The notes under the pieces: model-generated
What the model was told of the DNA's origin: nothing
Database searches by the model: none
Seen by the model: the letters and a program-made list of their open reading frames with translations, nothing else
Shown: piece after piece, positions 20,156 to 30,740 of the stretch
Layout of the letters: each line of letters opens with the position of its first letter
How positions within the stretch are numbered: position 1 is the first letter of the stretch
Program-made: the position numbers and the translations under genes
From: Candidatus Bathyarchaeota archaeon
GTDB lineage: Archaea > Thermoproteota > Bathyarchaeia > Bathyarchaeales > Bathycorpusculaceae
Direction: 5' to 3'
NCBI GenBank assembly: GCA_963806535.1
Contig: CAWDYC010000004.1
Span: forward strand, 128,001-192,000
Length of the DNA: 64,000 nucleotides

Positions 20156-20869
20156 TTATAAATACATCTGTGGCATTGTTGGCGCTGGCGGAATGTTGTT
20201 CTGTTCTTTACTTTTTTTGTTGTCGCCTCTTATTATAGGAATTACAAATTCAAGAATCACAAGTATCATTATTATTCCAATTATTAGTGGTAAACCCAAA
20301 GAGTTGCCTCTCATGAAAAGTGTTATCCACCCAAACCATGGAATGCGCATAATTACTTTGCCAACCACCAAGTTTTGAGGGACTCCCGGTGGATTGTTGT
20401 TGTCCCATGGATCTAAGCCTTGGTTTGGCGTTTTAGGCCATGTGTCTGGAGATCCGTTTCCATCACCTTTTGTTTGATAGTATGTAACACCGTTGACTGT
20501 TTCTGATGAAATTATTCGGTGAACAATTAATTCGCCATTTATTGGGCTATGAAAAATAATTATGTCACTATTTGGATAGTTGGTGTTAAGGTCTTTGGCT
20601 TTTACGCCTTGGACAACTATAATATCACCTACACTAAGGGTGCGATCAAACGGGTGATTTATGCTTAACACGAAGCCCTGCCAATTAGGCGCTTCGTTGC
20701 CATCGTAGGGGATACTCATGCTGCCGCTTTCCACAGTCAATAAAGGATAAGACGTCTTAAGCCCAAGTTGCAAACCAAAGAAAAACCCTAGAACTATCCC
20801 GATAATCAAAGCAATTGCGATTACAGTTTTGAAATAATCGTTCTTCCACAACTTTTTTAGAGCAATCAA
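20156..20869 (-). CDS. signal peptidase I (Sec11-type)
   Basis: VESGSM, GDII, IVHRI, TKGD. Confidence 0.9.
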   Translation of the reverse strand: MIALKKLWKNDYFKTVIAIALIIGIVLGFFFGLQLGLKTSYPLLTVESGSMSIPYDGNEAPNWQGFVLSINHPFDRTLSVGDIIVVQGVKAKDLNTNYPNSDIIIFHSPINGELIVHRIISSETVNGVTYYQTKGDGNGSPDTWPKTPNQGLDPWDNNNPPGVPQNLVVGKVIMRIPWFGWITLFMRGNSLGLPLIIGIIMILVILEFVIPIIRGDNKKSKEQNNIPPAPTMPQMYL

Positions 20870-20997
20870 GCTTTTGCCTCTGCAACGAAGTATTCCAGTT
20901 CATAACGGCTTTCTATGTTTTAAAACTTGCCTTAAAAAATAAAGAAAAAATAAGAGAGGGCTGATGCTGCGATCAGTTAATTTCTGGTTGCAACTTA

Positions 20998-21168
20998 TTA
21001 AATTTTCTTTTTACTTAGTACTTCGCGGAATACATGACCGCATTTTGGGCATTCGTAGAGTCCGATTTCTAACTGCATACGTTTTCCAGCTTTATCTGGA
21101 CGACCGGCCATTTTCCATGTCTTTTTTGTTTTTGCCACTTCAGTTCCACATTTTGGACATTTAGCCAT
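20998..21168 (-). CDS. Cren7-like chromatin protein, Zn-ribbon type (frameshifted, absent from ORF track)
   Basis: Manual: MAKCPKCGTEVAKQK-TWKMAGRPDKAGKRMQLEIGLYECPKCGHVFREVLSK; GGAGG RBS. Confidence 0.72.
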   Translation of the reverse strand: MAKCPKCGTEVAKTKKTWKMAGRPDKAGKRMQLEIGLYECPKCGHVFREVLSKKKI

Positions 21169-21475
21169 TCAAATTTCCTCCGTATTGCTGTTTCCATGCT
21201 TTATCATTATAGAATAAAAAACTTTCCATACCTTTCAAATCGATATTTTTTGAATCAACATCATATTTATACAAATTTTTGTCAATGCAGCTGAAAGCAT
21301 TTAAATGAAATGGTTGAAAGAGTTCAAAATAGCGTTTGAATATTATCCAAAACAGCAATAATTAAGCAAGCATGATCATAAAAGTGAAATACAATAAGAC
21401 CCTTTGATTTTATGTCGTTTCCATAACATATTTTATATCAGACTCCTGCTTTACCTATCGAGGGTTTACCCTATA

Positions 21476-24349
21476 GTGCAGGCAACTTCTGAAAACGCTT
21501 TTGACATGCTTGTGAAGCCAGTTCGACGGCTCATTGAACAGAAGGGATTCTCTAAACCAACTGAACCTCAAGAAAAGACAATCCCAAAAATCCTCGACGG
21601 CAAAAACGTCCTTTTAATTTCACCGACTGCAACAGGCAAAACAGAAGCCGCTTTCTTACCCGTGTTAAGCATGCTTTTGAAGGAACCCAAAACGCCAGGC
21701 ATCAAAGTCCTATATATTACTCCGTTGCGAGCGTTGAACAGGGATTTGCTTGACCGGCTTCAATGGTGGTGCAACAGCCTAGACATAAAACTAGCTGTTA
21801 GACATGGTGATACCGAAACCAAAGAAAGAACCCGTCAATCACGCAGCCCGCCCGATATTCTGATAACTACTCCTGAAACCTTGCAAGCCATACTTTCGGG
21901 CTGGGTTTTGCGTCAACACCTTCAAAGTTTAAGGTGGATAGTTATCGATGAGGTTCATGAATTGGCTGATAGCAAACGTGGAAGTCAGCTTTCTTTGGCA
22001 TTAGAACGAATAAGAAGCTTAACAGGCAAAGATTTCCAAATGATCGGTTTATCAGCCACAATCGGTAGCCCGGAAAAAGTTGCCCAGTTCCTAGTCGGCA
22101 ACCAACGTCCAGTTGAAATTATCCGAGTCCCCGTTGCTAAAATGGTTAAGCTGCAAGTAATCTATCCTAAACCGACGGATGATGATGTTAGGTTTGCAGC
22201 GAAAATTTACACGCATCCAGAAGTAGCGGCTAGATTACGGATTATTCGCGATTACATGGATAAACGAAAATCCGTTTTGCTTTTTACGAATACACGTTCA
22301 ATCTCAGAAGTGTTAGCCTCCAGGTTTAAGGTGTGGGACATTGATTTTCCAATATCAATTCATCATGGTTCGCTGGCCAAGGTTTCAAGGATAGCGGCTG
22401 AAACGGGTTTAAAACGTGGTGACCTAAAAGGCTTAATCGCTACCAGCAGTCTCGAATTGGGCATAGATGTTGGACGCATAGATCTTGTGATTCAATACAT
22501 GAGCCCGAGGCAGGTAACTAGGTTGATCCAACGTGTAGGTCGGGCAGGTCACACTTACGGCGACGTTGCCGAAGGAGTAATAATTGGAATGGATTCTGAT
22601 GATACTCTTGAAGCATTGGTTATCGCTCGAAGGGCTCTCAATGAAGAATTAGAACCCCTTCAAATTCCAGATAAACCATACGACGTTTTAGTCCATCAAA
22701 TCGCTGGGTTAATGCTCAAAAACAGACGGCTAGAATTTAGCGCTGTTTTAGAGATCGCCCGCAAAGCCGCACCCTACGAAAACTTAACCATAGAGGACGT
22801 TGCTAAGGCTTTCAAATACATGCATGAACGTTTTCCACGTTTAGCCTGGGTGTCCTTTGAAGACCAAGTAGCTCTGAAGCCTCAGCGTTCAAAAGCTCTT
22901 TTTGAATACTATTTCGATAATTTATCAATGATTCCAGTTGAAAAACAATTCCTAGTTATAGATGAGTCAACTGACACGTCAATTGGAGTTTTAGATGAAG
23001 CGTTTATGGCAGAATACGGCAAACCAGGAACAAAATTCATTATACGTGGTAGTCCCTGGCAAATAATCCATGCTACAGAAGACAAAGTGTATGTCCGTCC
23101 AGTTGACGACCCTACGGGTTCAATTCCCAGTTGGATTGGCGAGGAAATTCCAGTGCCATACGAAATAGCGCAGGAACTGGCAGAAATACGTGGATTTGTT
23201 GAAGAAAAAATGAAGAGCGGCCTCTCGCCTGAAGAAGTCAGTGCTCTGCTTTCTAAGCGTTACCCAGCTGACGCTGAAACAATTCTACGTGCTATATCCG
23301 AAACCGTTGAACAAGTTACTGCGGGCTATGCAGTTCCCACTCCAAGAAGAATTATCGTTGAGGATTGGGGAGAATTTGTTATTATTCATTCCAATTTTGG
23401 TTCATTAATTAATCGTGCCTTAGCTCAGTTTCTCGGGGAAGTTTTGTCTGATAAACTTGGCCGTGGCATGGTGGTTCAGCATGATCCCTACCGGATCTTT
23501 GTACAGACCATGGGAAGCATGAGTGCTGAACGAGTTGTTGAAGTTTTTAATGAATTAAGAGAAATGAGTACACAAACTGCTAAGGACACACTGACTAGGT
23601 CAACTGTGAAAACTGGATTATTCAAACGGCGGGTAATTCAGGTAGCAAGGCGTTTTGGTGCACTAAAGAAGTGGGCTGATTTTAGCAACGTAAGTATTCA
23701 GAAGCTTATTTCCAGTTTTGAAGGTACTCCAATTTACGAGGAGGGCTTGAAAGAGGTTTTCTCTAAAGACCTTGACGCAGATGGATTAATCATGGTTCTC
23801 AAGCGTATTCGTGATGGCGATGTAGTTTTCCAAGTGGTTGCAACTGGGGGAGACGCAACTCCTGTTGCTCGAGTGGGAATTGAGCGTGTCAGCATGAAAA
23901 CCGATCTTATTCCTCCTGAAAAAATGCGTGCAGTTCTTATTGCGGCAGCTAAAGCACGATTGCTAAATGAATCAGGCAATTTTGTTTGCACAAACTGTTG
24001 GGATTACATGGAGACGATCCGAATAAAAGATTTGCCTGATAAACCAAAATGCCCCAGATGTGGGTCTTTGGCACTTGGCTTACTAAAGGTTGATGAGGAG
24101 AAGGCTATGCCATTGATTGAGAAGAAGGGGGAGCGTTTAGCAAAGGATGAGGAAAAGATGCAGATGCAAGCAAAAAGAACCGCAGAATTAATTGAAAAGT
24201 ATGGGAAAGCGGCTGCAGTGGCGTTAAGTGCTCGCCGAGTTCAAACCGCAGATATTGCATTAGTGTTGGAGAAAGAGCCTAAGCTTTCGGACCGATTTTA
24301 CGAGTTGGTTATGGAAGCTGAACGTAAATCTTTGAGCAAACGATTTTGA
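21476..24349 (+). CDS. lhr: Lhr-like DEAD/DEAH-box helicase with C-terminal Zn finger
   Basis: PTATGKT, TTPE, DEVH, SAT, SSLELGID, QRVGRAGH. Confidence 0.92.
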   Translation: MQATSENAFDMLVKPVRRLIEQKGFSKPTEPQEKTIPKILDGKNVLLISPTATGKTEAAFLPVLSMLLKEPKTPGIKVLYITPLRALNRDLLDRLQWWCNSLDIKLAVRHGDTETKERTRQSRSPPDILITTPETLQAILSGWVLRQHLQSLRWIVIDEVHELADSKRGSQLSLALERIRSLTGKDFQMIGLSATIGSPEKVAQFLVGNQRPVEIIRVPVAKMVKLQVIYPKPTDDDVRFAAKIYTHPEVAARLRIIRDYMDKRKSVLLFTNTRSISEVLASRFKVWDIDFPISIHHGSLAKVSRIAAETGLKRGDLKGLIATSSLELGIDVGRIDLVIQYMSPRQVTRLIQRVGRAGHTYGDVAEGVIIGMDSDDTLEALVIARRALNEELEPLQIPDKPYDVLVHQIAGLMLKNRRLEFSAVLEIARKAAPYENLTIEDVAKAFKYMHERFPRLAWVSFEDQVALKPQRSKALFEYYFDNLSMIPVEKQFLVIDESTDTSIGVLDEAFMAEYGKPGTKFIIRGSPWQIIHATEDKVYVRPVDDPTGSIPSWIGEEIPVPYEIAQELAEIRGFVEEKMKSGLSPEEVSALLSKRYPADAETILRAISETVEQVTAGYAVPTPRRIIVEDWGEFVIIHSNFGSLINRALAQFLGEVLSDKLGRGMVVQHDPYRIFVQTMGSMSAERVVEVFNELREMSTQTAKDTLTRSTVKTGLFKRRVIQVARRFGALKKWADFSNVSIQKLISSFEGTPIYEEGLKEVFSKDLDADGLIMVLKRIRDGDVVFQVVATGGDATPVARVGIERVSMKTDLIPPEKMRAVLIAAAKARLLNESGNFVCTNCWDYMETIRIKDLPDKPKCPRCGSLALGLLKVDEEKAMPLIEKKGERLAKDEEKMQMQAKRTAELIEKYGKAAAVALSARRVQTADIALVLEKEPKLSDRFYELVMEAERKSLSKRF

Positions 24350-24471
24350 AAACCATGTTATAAGTATATTTAACGAAATTGTCTATTTCGAAGCAATAAC
24401 AGCAACTTTTTAAACCTAGAACTGCTATGTTTGCATATCCGCTTATAGGTGCCCTTAGGAGACTAAAAAGA

Positions 24472-24798
24472 GTGGAAATAAGCCGAAAAAATCTACGCGA
24501 TGAAGTTCTTGAACGAGTCAAATACGTAAAAACCTGCGTTATGGCGCGTGAGCTATGTCTGCTTGTACGCACCAACAGAGCCGTTTTAGAGCCTACAGAC
24601 GTTCAAGAAATCTGTCAATACATTTCAAATCTATGCAAAGAAGAAGGATGCAGCGAACCAAGTGAAATATGCACCAAAGCAGCCAAAGCAGTTGGATCCG
24701 CGAACGAAGAAAAATACCTTGAGTTGTGCGCTCAAAGCTGCGTAAAATGCGGCGAAGCGAGAAGACCGATACCGAAAAAAGACGCTTACGTGGCATAA
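24472..24798 (+). CDS. conserved-looking Cys-rich hypothetical protein
   Basis: ORF track; AGGAG RBS before GTG. Confidence 0.65.
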   Translation: MEISRKNLRDEVLERVKYVKTCVMARELCLLVRTNRAVLEPTDVQEICQYISNLCKEEGCSEPSEICTKAAKAVGSANEEKYLELCAQSCVKCGEARRPIPKKDAYVA

Positions 24799-24831
24799 AA
24801 CATGATAATCAATTCAAAGGTGAATTATTAG

Positions 24832-25308
24832 ATGTTTATTGCTCCTTTTGTTCCAAGTCCAAACACAGTTGTAGAGTACATGTTAAAGCTATCTGGTTTG
24901 AAAGCTGGAGAAGTCCTGTTTGACATGGGCTCTGGTGATGGCAGAACAGTAATTATGGCGGCGAAAACTTTTGGGGCAAGAGGCGTTGGCATCGAGTTGC
25001 GTGAGGATTTAGCGAAAAAAGCGTTGGCTAACATTCATGAGAACTGTCTAGATGACAGAGTAACCATTGTGAATGGCGACATGTTTAATGTAAATTTAAC
25101 TTCAGCCGATGTTGTTTACCTGTATTTGACTACAAGTGCAAACGAGAAAATCAGGCCCAAACTTGACAGCGACCTAAAAAAAGGCGCACGTGTCGTCTCC
25201 CATGACTATGAAATTATCGGTTGGCGCCCTGAGAAAGTTGAAAACTTTTGTGAAAACCCGCAGTTAGGCTACCCCTCCCACACTATTTACCTCTATAGGA
25301 AACCATAA
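24832..25308 (+). CDS. class I SAM methyltransferase (protein-lysine MTase-like)
   Basis: APFVPSP, DMGSGDGR, RVVSHDY. Confidence 0.88.
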   Translation: MFIAPFVPSPNTVVEYMLKLSGLKAGEVLFDMGSGDGRTVIMAAKTFGARGVGIELREDLAKKALANIHENCLDDRVTIVNGDMFNVNLTSADVVYLYLTTSANEKIRPKLDSDLKKGARVVSHDYEIIGWRPEKVENFCENPQLGYPSHTIYLYRKP

Positions 25309-25539
25309 TTTTTCATCCGATACAACAGTTTCATTAATAGAACAACAACAGTTGGTGTTAGCACTGGGTGTTGTTTTTCTCTGATAGAAGAAGAAGGACG
25401 GCTGGAATTAGCACATCCTACTTCTTCTCTGCTTTTTAAAGAAGAAGAAAACCTGTGGGGGCACACTTCTTCTTCTTTTCAGATAGGAAAAATTCTTTAG
25501 TCCCTTTTTTTCTTGACAAGTTTAGAGTGTCAAGCTAAG

Positions 25540-26061
25540 ATGCAGTTTGTTCCATGGCAAAACATAGCGGATTGGCGTTGCAAAGCATGCGGTTACTGCT
25601 GCAAACTCTACAGCGTAGTCCTGGGCTTCCCAGAATGGTTAAGAATCGCCAAAACCTACGGCGTTGAAACTACAGTGGCAGGTTTAGATCGTTTCTTTAT
25701 TAAACGGGCCAGCGACGGTTCATGCGCTTTTCTCTGCAATGACGCAACAAACTATCATTGTTCGCTGCAAAATGCGAAGCCTGAAGCATGCAAGATTTGG
25801 CCTTTCAAAGTGCTTTCAGAACCCAAATATGGAGAGCCAAATCAGGCTGCATACGATTATGGGGGTATACGTCTGTACGTTTACGGAGATACTATGTGTT
25901 GTGGTTTGCGTTCGGGCACACCAACGTGGGATTTCCGCTATAAAACCATAAAAGAATTTACAGAACTTGCACTTGGACTAAGACAAGTACAGTACAAAAC
26001 AACTAGGCCAGAGACATTTCGATCTCAGCAACAATGGGGAAGACAAATATTTCCCAAATAG
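25540..26061 (+). CDS. YkgJ-family cysteine cluster protein
   Basis: CKACGYCC...CAFL...C...KPEACKIWPF. Confidence 0.85.
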   Translation: MQFVPWQNIADWRCKACGYCCKLYSVVLGFPEWLRIAKTYGVETTVAGLDRFFIKRASDGSCAFLCNDATNYHCSLQNAKPEACKIWPFKVLSEPKYGEPNQAAYDYGGIRLYVYGDTMCCGLRSGTPTWDFRYKTIKEFTELALGLRQVQYKTTRPETFRSQQQWGRQIFPK

Positions 26062-26184
26062 CAACTAAAGTAATTTAATTAAGACTTTCTAAATTGGATT
26101 TTGCAATCTTCCCAACTAGATTATTAAGTGAGTTCTAAAATCATAACCATCAAAACATCAAGTAAACAAGAGAGGTAACTGTAG

Positions 26185-26967
26185 ATGCCCAAAGCCAAAG
26201 TTGGCGTTTCAATGCTTTATTGCTTAGGCGAGCCATTCAATCGGATGGTTAAACGTTTAAGCTCAATGGATACTCACTACATAGAAGTCTTAGACGATGG
26301 CATTCATGAATTGAACAAAAACCGAGTCGCCATTCTCAAAGAAACTGCCAAATCCTCTAACATACAATATTCATTACATGCTCCTTTTGCAGACATCAAC
26401 ATTGCTTCGCCATCCAAAGTCATGCTAAATGCTTCCATGAAACGTCTCAAACAATCATTGGCTTACGCAAATCAGTTGGATGCTAAGATTTGGGTTTTTC
26501 ATCCTGGCGCAAAAACAGGAATCGGTCAATTCTATCCTGGCGCTGACTGGAAACAAAACATCGAAAGTATCAAAGAGCTGCACAAGTTAGCGGAAGAATA
26601 TGGCGTAAACATTGCGCTTGAGAATTTGCCTGCAAAATATTATTTTTTTATGAGTAAACCCGAAGAATTCTCTCGTTTCTACAAAGAAACAAACTTGCCT
26701 ATCGGAATTGTTATGGATATTGGACACGCTAACTTAGAGGGCCATATTGAAGGCTTTTTTAACCTCTTAGCCGACAAAATTATTCATATTCACGCCAGCG
26801 ACAATGACGGGTCAGATGACCAACATTTGGGAATAGGTTACGGGAAAATTGATTATACCTGGGTTGCACAAATACTCAAAAAAACTGGCTACGACAGATC
26901 AGTAATTATTGAATCAATAACCAACGTTCCCGAAACAATCACAAAACTAAAACAGATTCTCGCCTAA
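26185..26967 (+). CDS. sugar phosphate isomerase/epimerase (AP-endonuclease-2 TIM barrel)
   Basis: HAPF, FHPG, ALEN, DIGH, HASDN..D.HL. Confidence 0.88.
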   Translation: MPKAKVGVSMLYCLGEPFNRMVKRLSSMDTHYIEVLDDGIHELNKNRVAILKETAKSSNIQYSLHAPFADINIASPSKVMLNASMKRLKQSLAYANQLDAKIWVFHPGAKTGIGQFYPGADWKQNIESIKELHKLAEEYGVNIALENLPAKYYFFMSKPEEFSRFYKETNLPIGIVMDIGHANLEGHIEGFFNLLADKIIHIHASDNDGSDDQHLGIGYGKIDYTWVAQILKKTGYDRSVIIESITNVPETITKLKQILA

Positions 26968-27887
26968 TTTTCTTTAAGCGGCAGCTCCAACTCCATAAAA
27001 TCTTCAGCGACCAAAGTATTGGCAAAGACTTTTTTCGCTTGTTCCAAAAGCAAAGTGGCATCAGGGTATCTTGCGCTAATATGGGTCAAAACCAACTGTT
27101 TAGCCCCGGCTGCTTTGGTTTCTTCTGCTGCTTGACTAGGTGTAGAATGCCCATCCAATTCCGCTTTCTCTAAAAGCGAATCGTCAAAGGTGCTTTCATG
27201 AATAACCAAATCCGCGTCTGCTGCAAACTTTGCGAATTCCTTGAACGGTCTAGTGTCTCCTGTGTAAACAATTTTTCTTCCAGCCCTGGGCGGTCCCATA
27301 ACCTCACTTGGCTTAACCACTTTGCCGTTTCCAATTTCAACATCTTTTCCCATTTGAAGCTTGGACCATAATTCGCCTTTGGGAACTCCGAGTGCTTGGG
27401 CTTTTTTGGGGTAAAACTTTCCGGGACGAGGCTTTTCCATGAAAGCGTAAGCGTAACTCTTGACGGCATGATTAGACTTAACCGCTGTTACAATGTACTC
27501 CTCTTCATTTAGCACAGTACCTTCACCTAAAATTTCGTTTATTTCAACTGGGAACGTTAAGCCAAAATTCAATGTTTCTTTTGTGCAGACAAGAAAATCC
27601 TTAATCCCTGGAGGACCATAAACAGCAACTGGTTCTTTGCGGTCCATCAAAGCCATCGTCTGCAAAACACCCGGCAAACCCAACACGTGATCACCATGTA
27701 GATGAGTCAGAAAAACTTTTAGTTTTTTGTGAAAGCTTATTTTTCCCTGCATCATCTGCCGTTGCGTGTTTTCGCCGCAGTCAAACATACATAACTCCTT
27801 TTGGCATTGGATTACTACAGAGGGCAAACTACGTTTTAAAGTTGGCACACTGCCGCTTGTTCCCAAAAACACTACATGAATGCTCAT
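26964..27887 (-). CDS. rnz: ribonuclease Z
   Basis: FLGTS, FDCGE, THLHGDH, YTGDT, HESTF, GHST, THISARY. Confidence 0.96.
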   Translation of the reverse strand: MSIHVVFLGTSGSVPTLKRSLPSVVIQCQKELCMFDCGENTQRQMMQGKISFHKKLKVFLTHLHGDHVLGLPGVLQTMALMDRKEPVAVYGPPGIKDFLVCTKETLNFGLTFPVEINEILGEGTVLNEEEYIVTAVKSNHAVKSYAYAFMEKPRPGKFYPKKAQALGVPKGELWSKLQMGKDVEIGNGKVVKPSEVMGPPRAGRKIVYTGDTRPFKEFAKFAADADLVIHESTFDDSLLEKAELDGHSTPSQAAEETKAAGAKQLVLTHISARYPDATLLLEQAKKVFANTLVAEDFMELELPLKEN

Positions 27888-28933
27888 TTTTTCTGCACCT
27901 TTTCAAACACTGCTATTTCCCTTGTTAGACTTCTATGTATGAAAGCGAAATGGGACTCTACATGCTTGTAACCTAAAGCCTTGCCTAATGCTTTAAGGTG
28001 TAATGTTTTAGGTGAAGCAATACAAATCCGTTGCCCCCCTTCCAATAAGTCATAAGTTGAAGCCAAAATATCCTGCACCAACTGCTTTGTTGTTGACTTC
28101 AAGGTGCTTGATGAGCGACCGTAGGGCGGGTCAGTAACCACGCAATCAACCTTGGAGAATGGTAATTGTCGGGCGTCAGCCAAAATCAACCCTTCAGCGG
28201 AAATATTAAAGAAACGCAGGTTTTTTCTGGTGCCCATAATCATTCGTCTCTGAGCATCCACCCCCACAGCTCGGCAACCAATATAGGTGGCTTCAATAAG
28301 AGAAGTGCCAGTGCCGCAAAAAGGGTCAAGCACCAACGATTCCGCTTTGGCATGTGCTAAGTTCACCATGCAACGCGCCATTTTCGAAGGCATCGCAGAT
28401 GGGTGGAAAAACGGTTTTTTTCGAGGTCTGCGCTCTGAAAAAGTTTTAGAGGTTATATCCGTGAGTTTTAAGCCTAAGACAAGTTTATCGTCTGTGATTA
28501 TGCCAAGAAAGGTTTTGTCGGGGTTTTTTAGGCTTACTTTTGTGCCTTCAGTACCGTTTAGGATTTGTTTGCCCAGTTTGCCTTCAAGCACCATCGTATT
28601 CAAAGCTTCGTCGGCGTAGTTTTTTATCCGGTTTATTCTTACCGCAAAACTTTCGCCAGACTTGAGCACAGCTTTGAAGTCTGTTCCAGAAGCAGCCTGA
28701 GCTATGTCCGTTAGATTCGCGTTTGACAAAAAAAGTTCCAATGCGCAAACCCGCGTGTAAGCTGAGCGAACCTGAATGGTCTGCACGCTGCCTTCATCTG
28801 CTTCCAACCGCAGAACCTGGTCAAACTCCTCCGCTTGGGCGTATTGGTAGCCTTCAGCTTCCAGAATAGCTTTAACTTCAGCGGCAGGAAGCGACTTATT
28901 CTCGCCAGATAAAAGAAAAAAGAGTTTTGCCAC
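27884..28933 (-). CDS. tRNA m2G10 methyltransferase (Trm11/TrmG10, THUMP domain)
   Basis: RRP..KPFFHP, DPFCGTG, TDPPYGR, HRSLTR. Confidence 0.9.
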   Translation of the reverse strand: MAKLFFLLSGENKSLPAAEVKAILEAEGYQYAQAEEFDQVLRLEADEGSVQTIQVRSAYTRVCALELFLSNANLTDIAQAASGTDFKAVLKSGESFAVRINRIKNYADEALNTMVLEGKLGKQILNGTEGTKVSLKNPDKTFLGIITDDKLVLGLKLTDITSKTFSERRPRKKPFFHPSAMPSKMARCMVNLAHAKAESLVLDPFCGTGTSLIEATYIGCRAVGVDAQRRMIMGTRKNLRFFNISAEGLILADARQLPFSKVDCVVTDPPYGRSSSTLKSTTKQLVQDILASTYDLLEGGQRICIASPKTLHLKALGKALGYKHVESHFAFIHRSLTREIAVFEKVQKK

Positions 28934-29814
28934 TATTTTTGCGCCCTAAGTTCTTGGCTCAAAAGCGGTGCTAGCGAAACCTTGCTCACACTGCCAGGTA
29001 CGCTGTCTGTTCCCACGATTTCCTCTACGCCAGCGTCTAAAATGCGTTTTTGTGCGTCCCCGATCAACAAACCGTGTACGCATGCACAGAAAATATGTTT
29101 GGCGCCTTGTTCTCGGAGAATTTTTGCTGCTCCTACAATGGTGCCGCCTGTGCTGATGATGTCGTCAAGGATGATTACGTTTTGGTCTTTCAGGTTTAAG
29201 CCCTCAGCAGTCTGGACCGTTTGTCCAGTATAGCGGTCCCGCTGCTTGTTTAGGTGTCCACAATCGCCGCCAAGCACTTGTTGAGCTTGTTGAGCGATGT
29301 ACATCGCCCCTTTATCTGGCGATAGGGCAAACGCGCCTTTGAAACCTTTATCCACGAAGTACTGTGCCAAAAGCGGTATGGCGCTTAGAGTTTTGGCCGG
29401 AAACAGAAATTGCTTTAGCGCAGGTTCAGAGTGAATATTTACTGTGATTAGTTCGTCGATGCCTGCTGCTTTGAGCATTCGTGCGATGGTTTCGACGCTT
29501 ATGCCTTCGCCCGCTAGAAACATCTTGTCTTGACGTGCGTAAGCCAAATAGGGAACTACAGCCGTCACTTTGACGGCGCCACTGCGTTTTGCCGCGTCAG
29601 CCATGAATGCTAACTGGAAAAGTCTCCCATCTTGGGCAGGGGGACACGTAGTTTGCACAATTGCTACGTTTTCGCTTTTCACATTGCTTTCTAAGCGAAC
29701 GTATGATTCTCCGTCGGGAAAAACTTTTGAAGCAACGGGAATATTGCCAAAGCCAGTTAAAGTCGAAACCCGTTCAGCAAGCTCCTTAGATGCTGGACCA
29801 GAGATAACCTTCAT
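28933..29814 (-). CDS. prs: ribose-phosphate pyrophosphokinase
   Basis: FPDGE, PYLAYARQD, SPDKGA, DDIISTGGT. Confidence 0.96.
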   Translation of the reverse strand: MKVISGPASKELAERVSTLTGFGNIPVASKVFPDGESYVRLESNVKSENVAIVQTTCPPAQDGRLFQLAFMADAAKRSGAVKVTAVVPYLAYARQDKMFLAGEGISVETIARMLKAAGIDELITVNIHSEPALKQFLFPAKTLSAIPLLAQYFVDKGFKGAFALSPDKGAMYIAQQAQQVLGGDCGHLNKQRDRYTGQTVQTAEGLNLKDQNVIILDDIISTGGTIVGAAKILREQGAKHIFCACVHGLLIGDAQKRILDAGVEEIVGTDSVPGSVSKVSLAPLLSQELRAQK

Positions 29815-29951
29815 TATTTTGCCTTCTTTTCTTTAAGAATGCAAGTTTAGGTTTTAAGGCTTTATCTCTCTCCCTATAAGAACAAGTTTTTCATTGTCCA
29901 TAAGAGTTTTAAGCAATATTCAGTTTTTCATTGAAAAGGATTGAACACTAC

Positions 29952-30740
29952 ATGGATACTTGGCGCCTATTACCGCTTGAAACTAACAATGCCTTCATAA
30001 ATATGGCAATTGATGAGGCAATCTTAAATGCGCGAATTACTGGGCAAGTTCCAAACACGCTCCGTTTTTATCGTTGGCAACCATCTGCCGTCAGCATTGG
30101 CAAAAACCAGGACCCTGAAGCCGTAGTTTACATTGATGCCTGCAAACAGTTAGGCGTTGACGTGGTTAGGCGTATTAGCGGCGGCGGCACAGTTTACCAT
30201 GACTACGATGGCGAAGTGACCTATAGCATAACTGCCAAAACGGAAACTTTAGGAACAGCCGACATCACTGTTGTTTACGCCAAGGTTTACGAGGCAATAA
30301 AAGACGCACTTAGACTTTTGGGAATAACAGCCGACTTTAGCACTGGAGATGCCAAAAATTGTCCAAATATGACTGTCAACGGCAAGAAAATCTCTGGCAG
30401 CAGCCAAATCATAACCCGAGGCATCGTGCTCCAACATGGCACACTTTTGAGAAGTGTTGATTTGGCAAAAATGTTTCAGCTTCTAAAACTAAAAAACGCT
30501 ACCTGCAGCCAAGCCGCAGACATAGGCAAAAGAAAAATCACCAGTATCCAAAACGAGCTTGGGCACACTGTTTCACCCGATACAATTGCAAATGCGTTGG
30601 CTCAAGGGTTTAGGGCCATGCTGAAGATTCAGCTTGAGCCGGGCGAGCTAACATCTAACGAGTTGGAGCTTGCAAAGAGGCTTTGTGAAGAAAAATATTC
30701 TAAGAAGGAATGGAATTTTGAGGGTAAAACGGGCAGCTAA
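29952..30740 (+). CDS. lipoate-protein ligase A family
   Basis: NMAIDEA, RRISGGGTVYHD, KKISGS, LQHGT. Confidence 0.92.
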   Translation: MDTWRLLPLETNNAFINMAIDEAILNARITGQVPNTLRFYRWQPSAVSIGKNQDPEAVVYIDACKQLGVDVVRRISGGGTVYHDYDGEVTYSITAKTETLGTADITVVYAKVYEAIKDALRLLGITADFSTGDAKNCPNMTVNGKKISGSSQIITRGIVLQHGTLLRSVDLAKMFQLLKLKNATCSQAADIGKRKITSIQNELGHTVSPDTIANALAQGFRAMLKIQLEPGELTSNELELAKRLCEEKYSKKEWNFEGKTGS

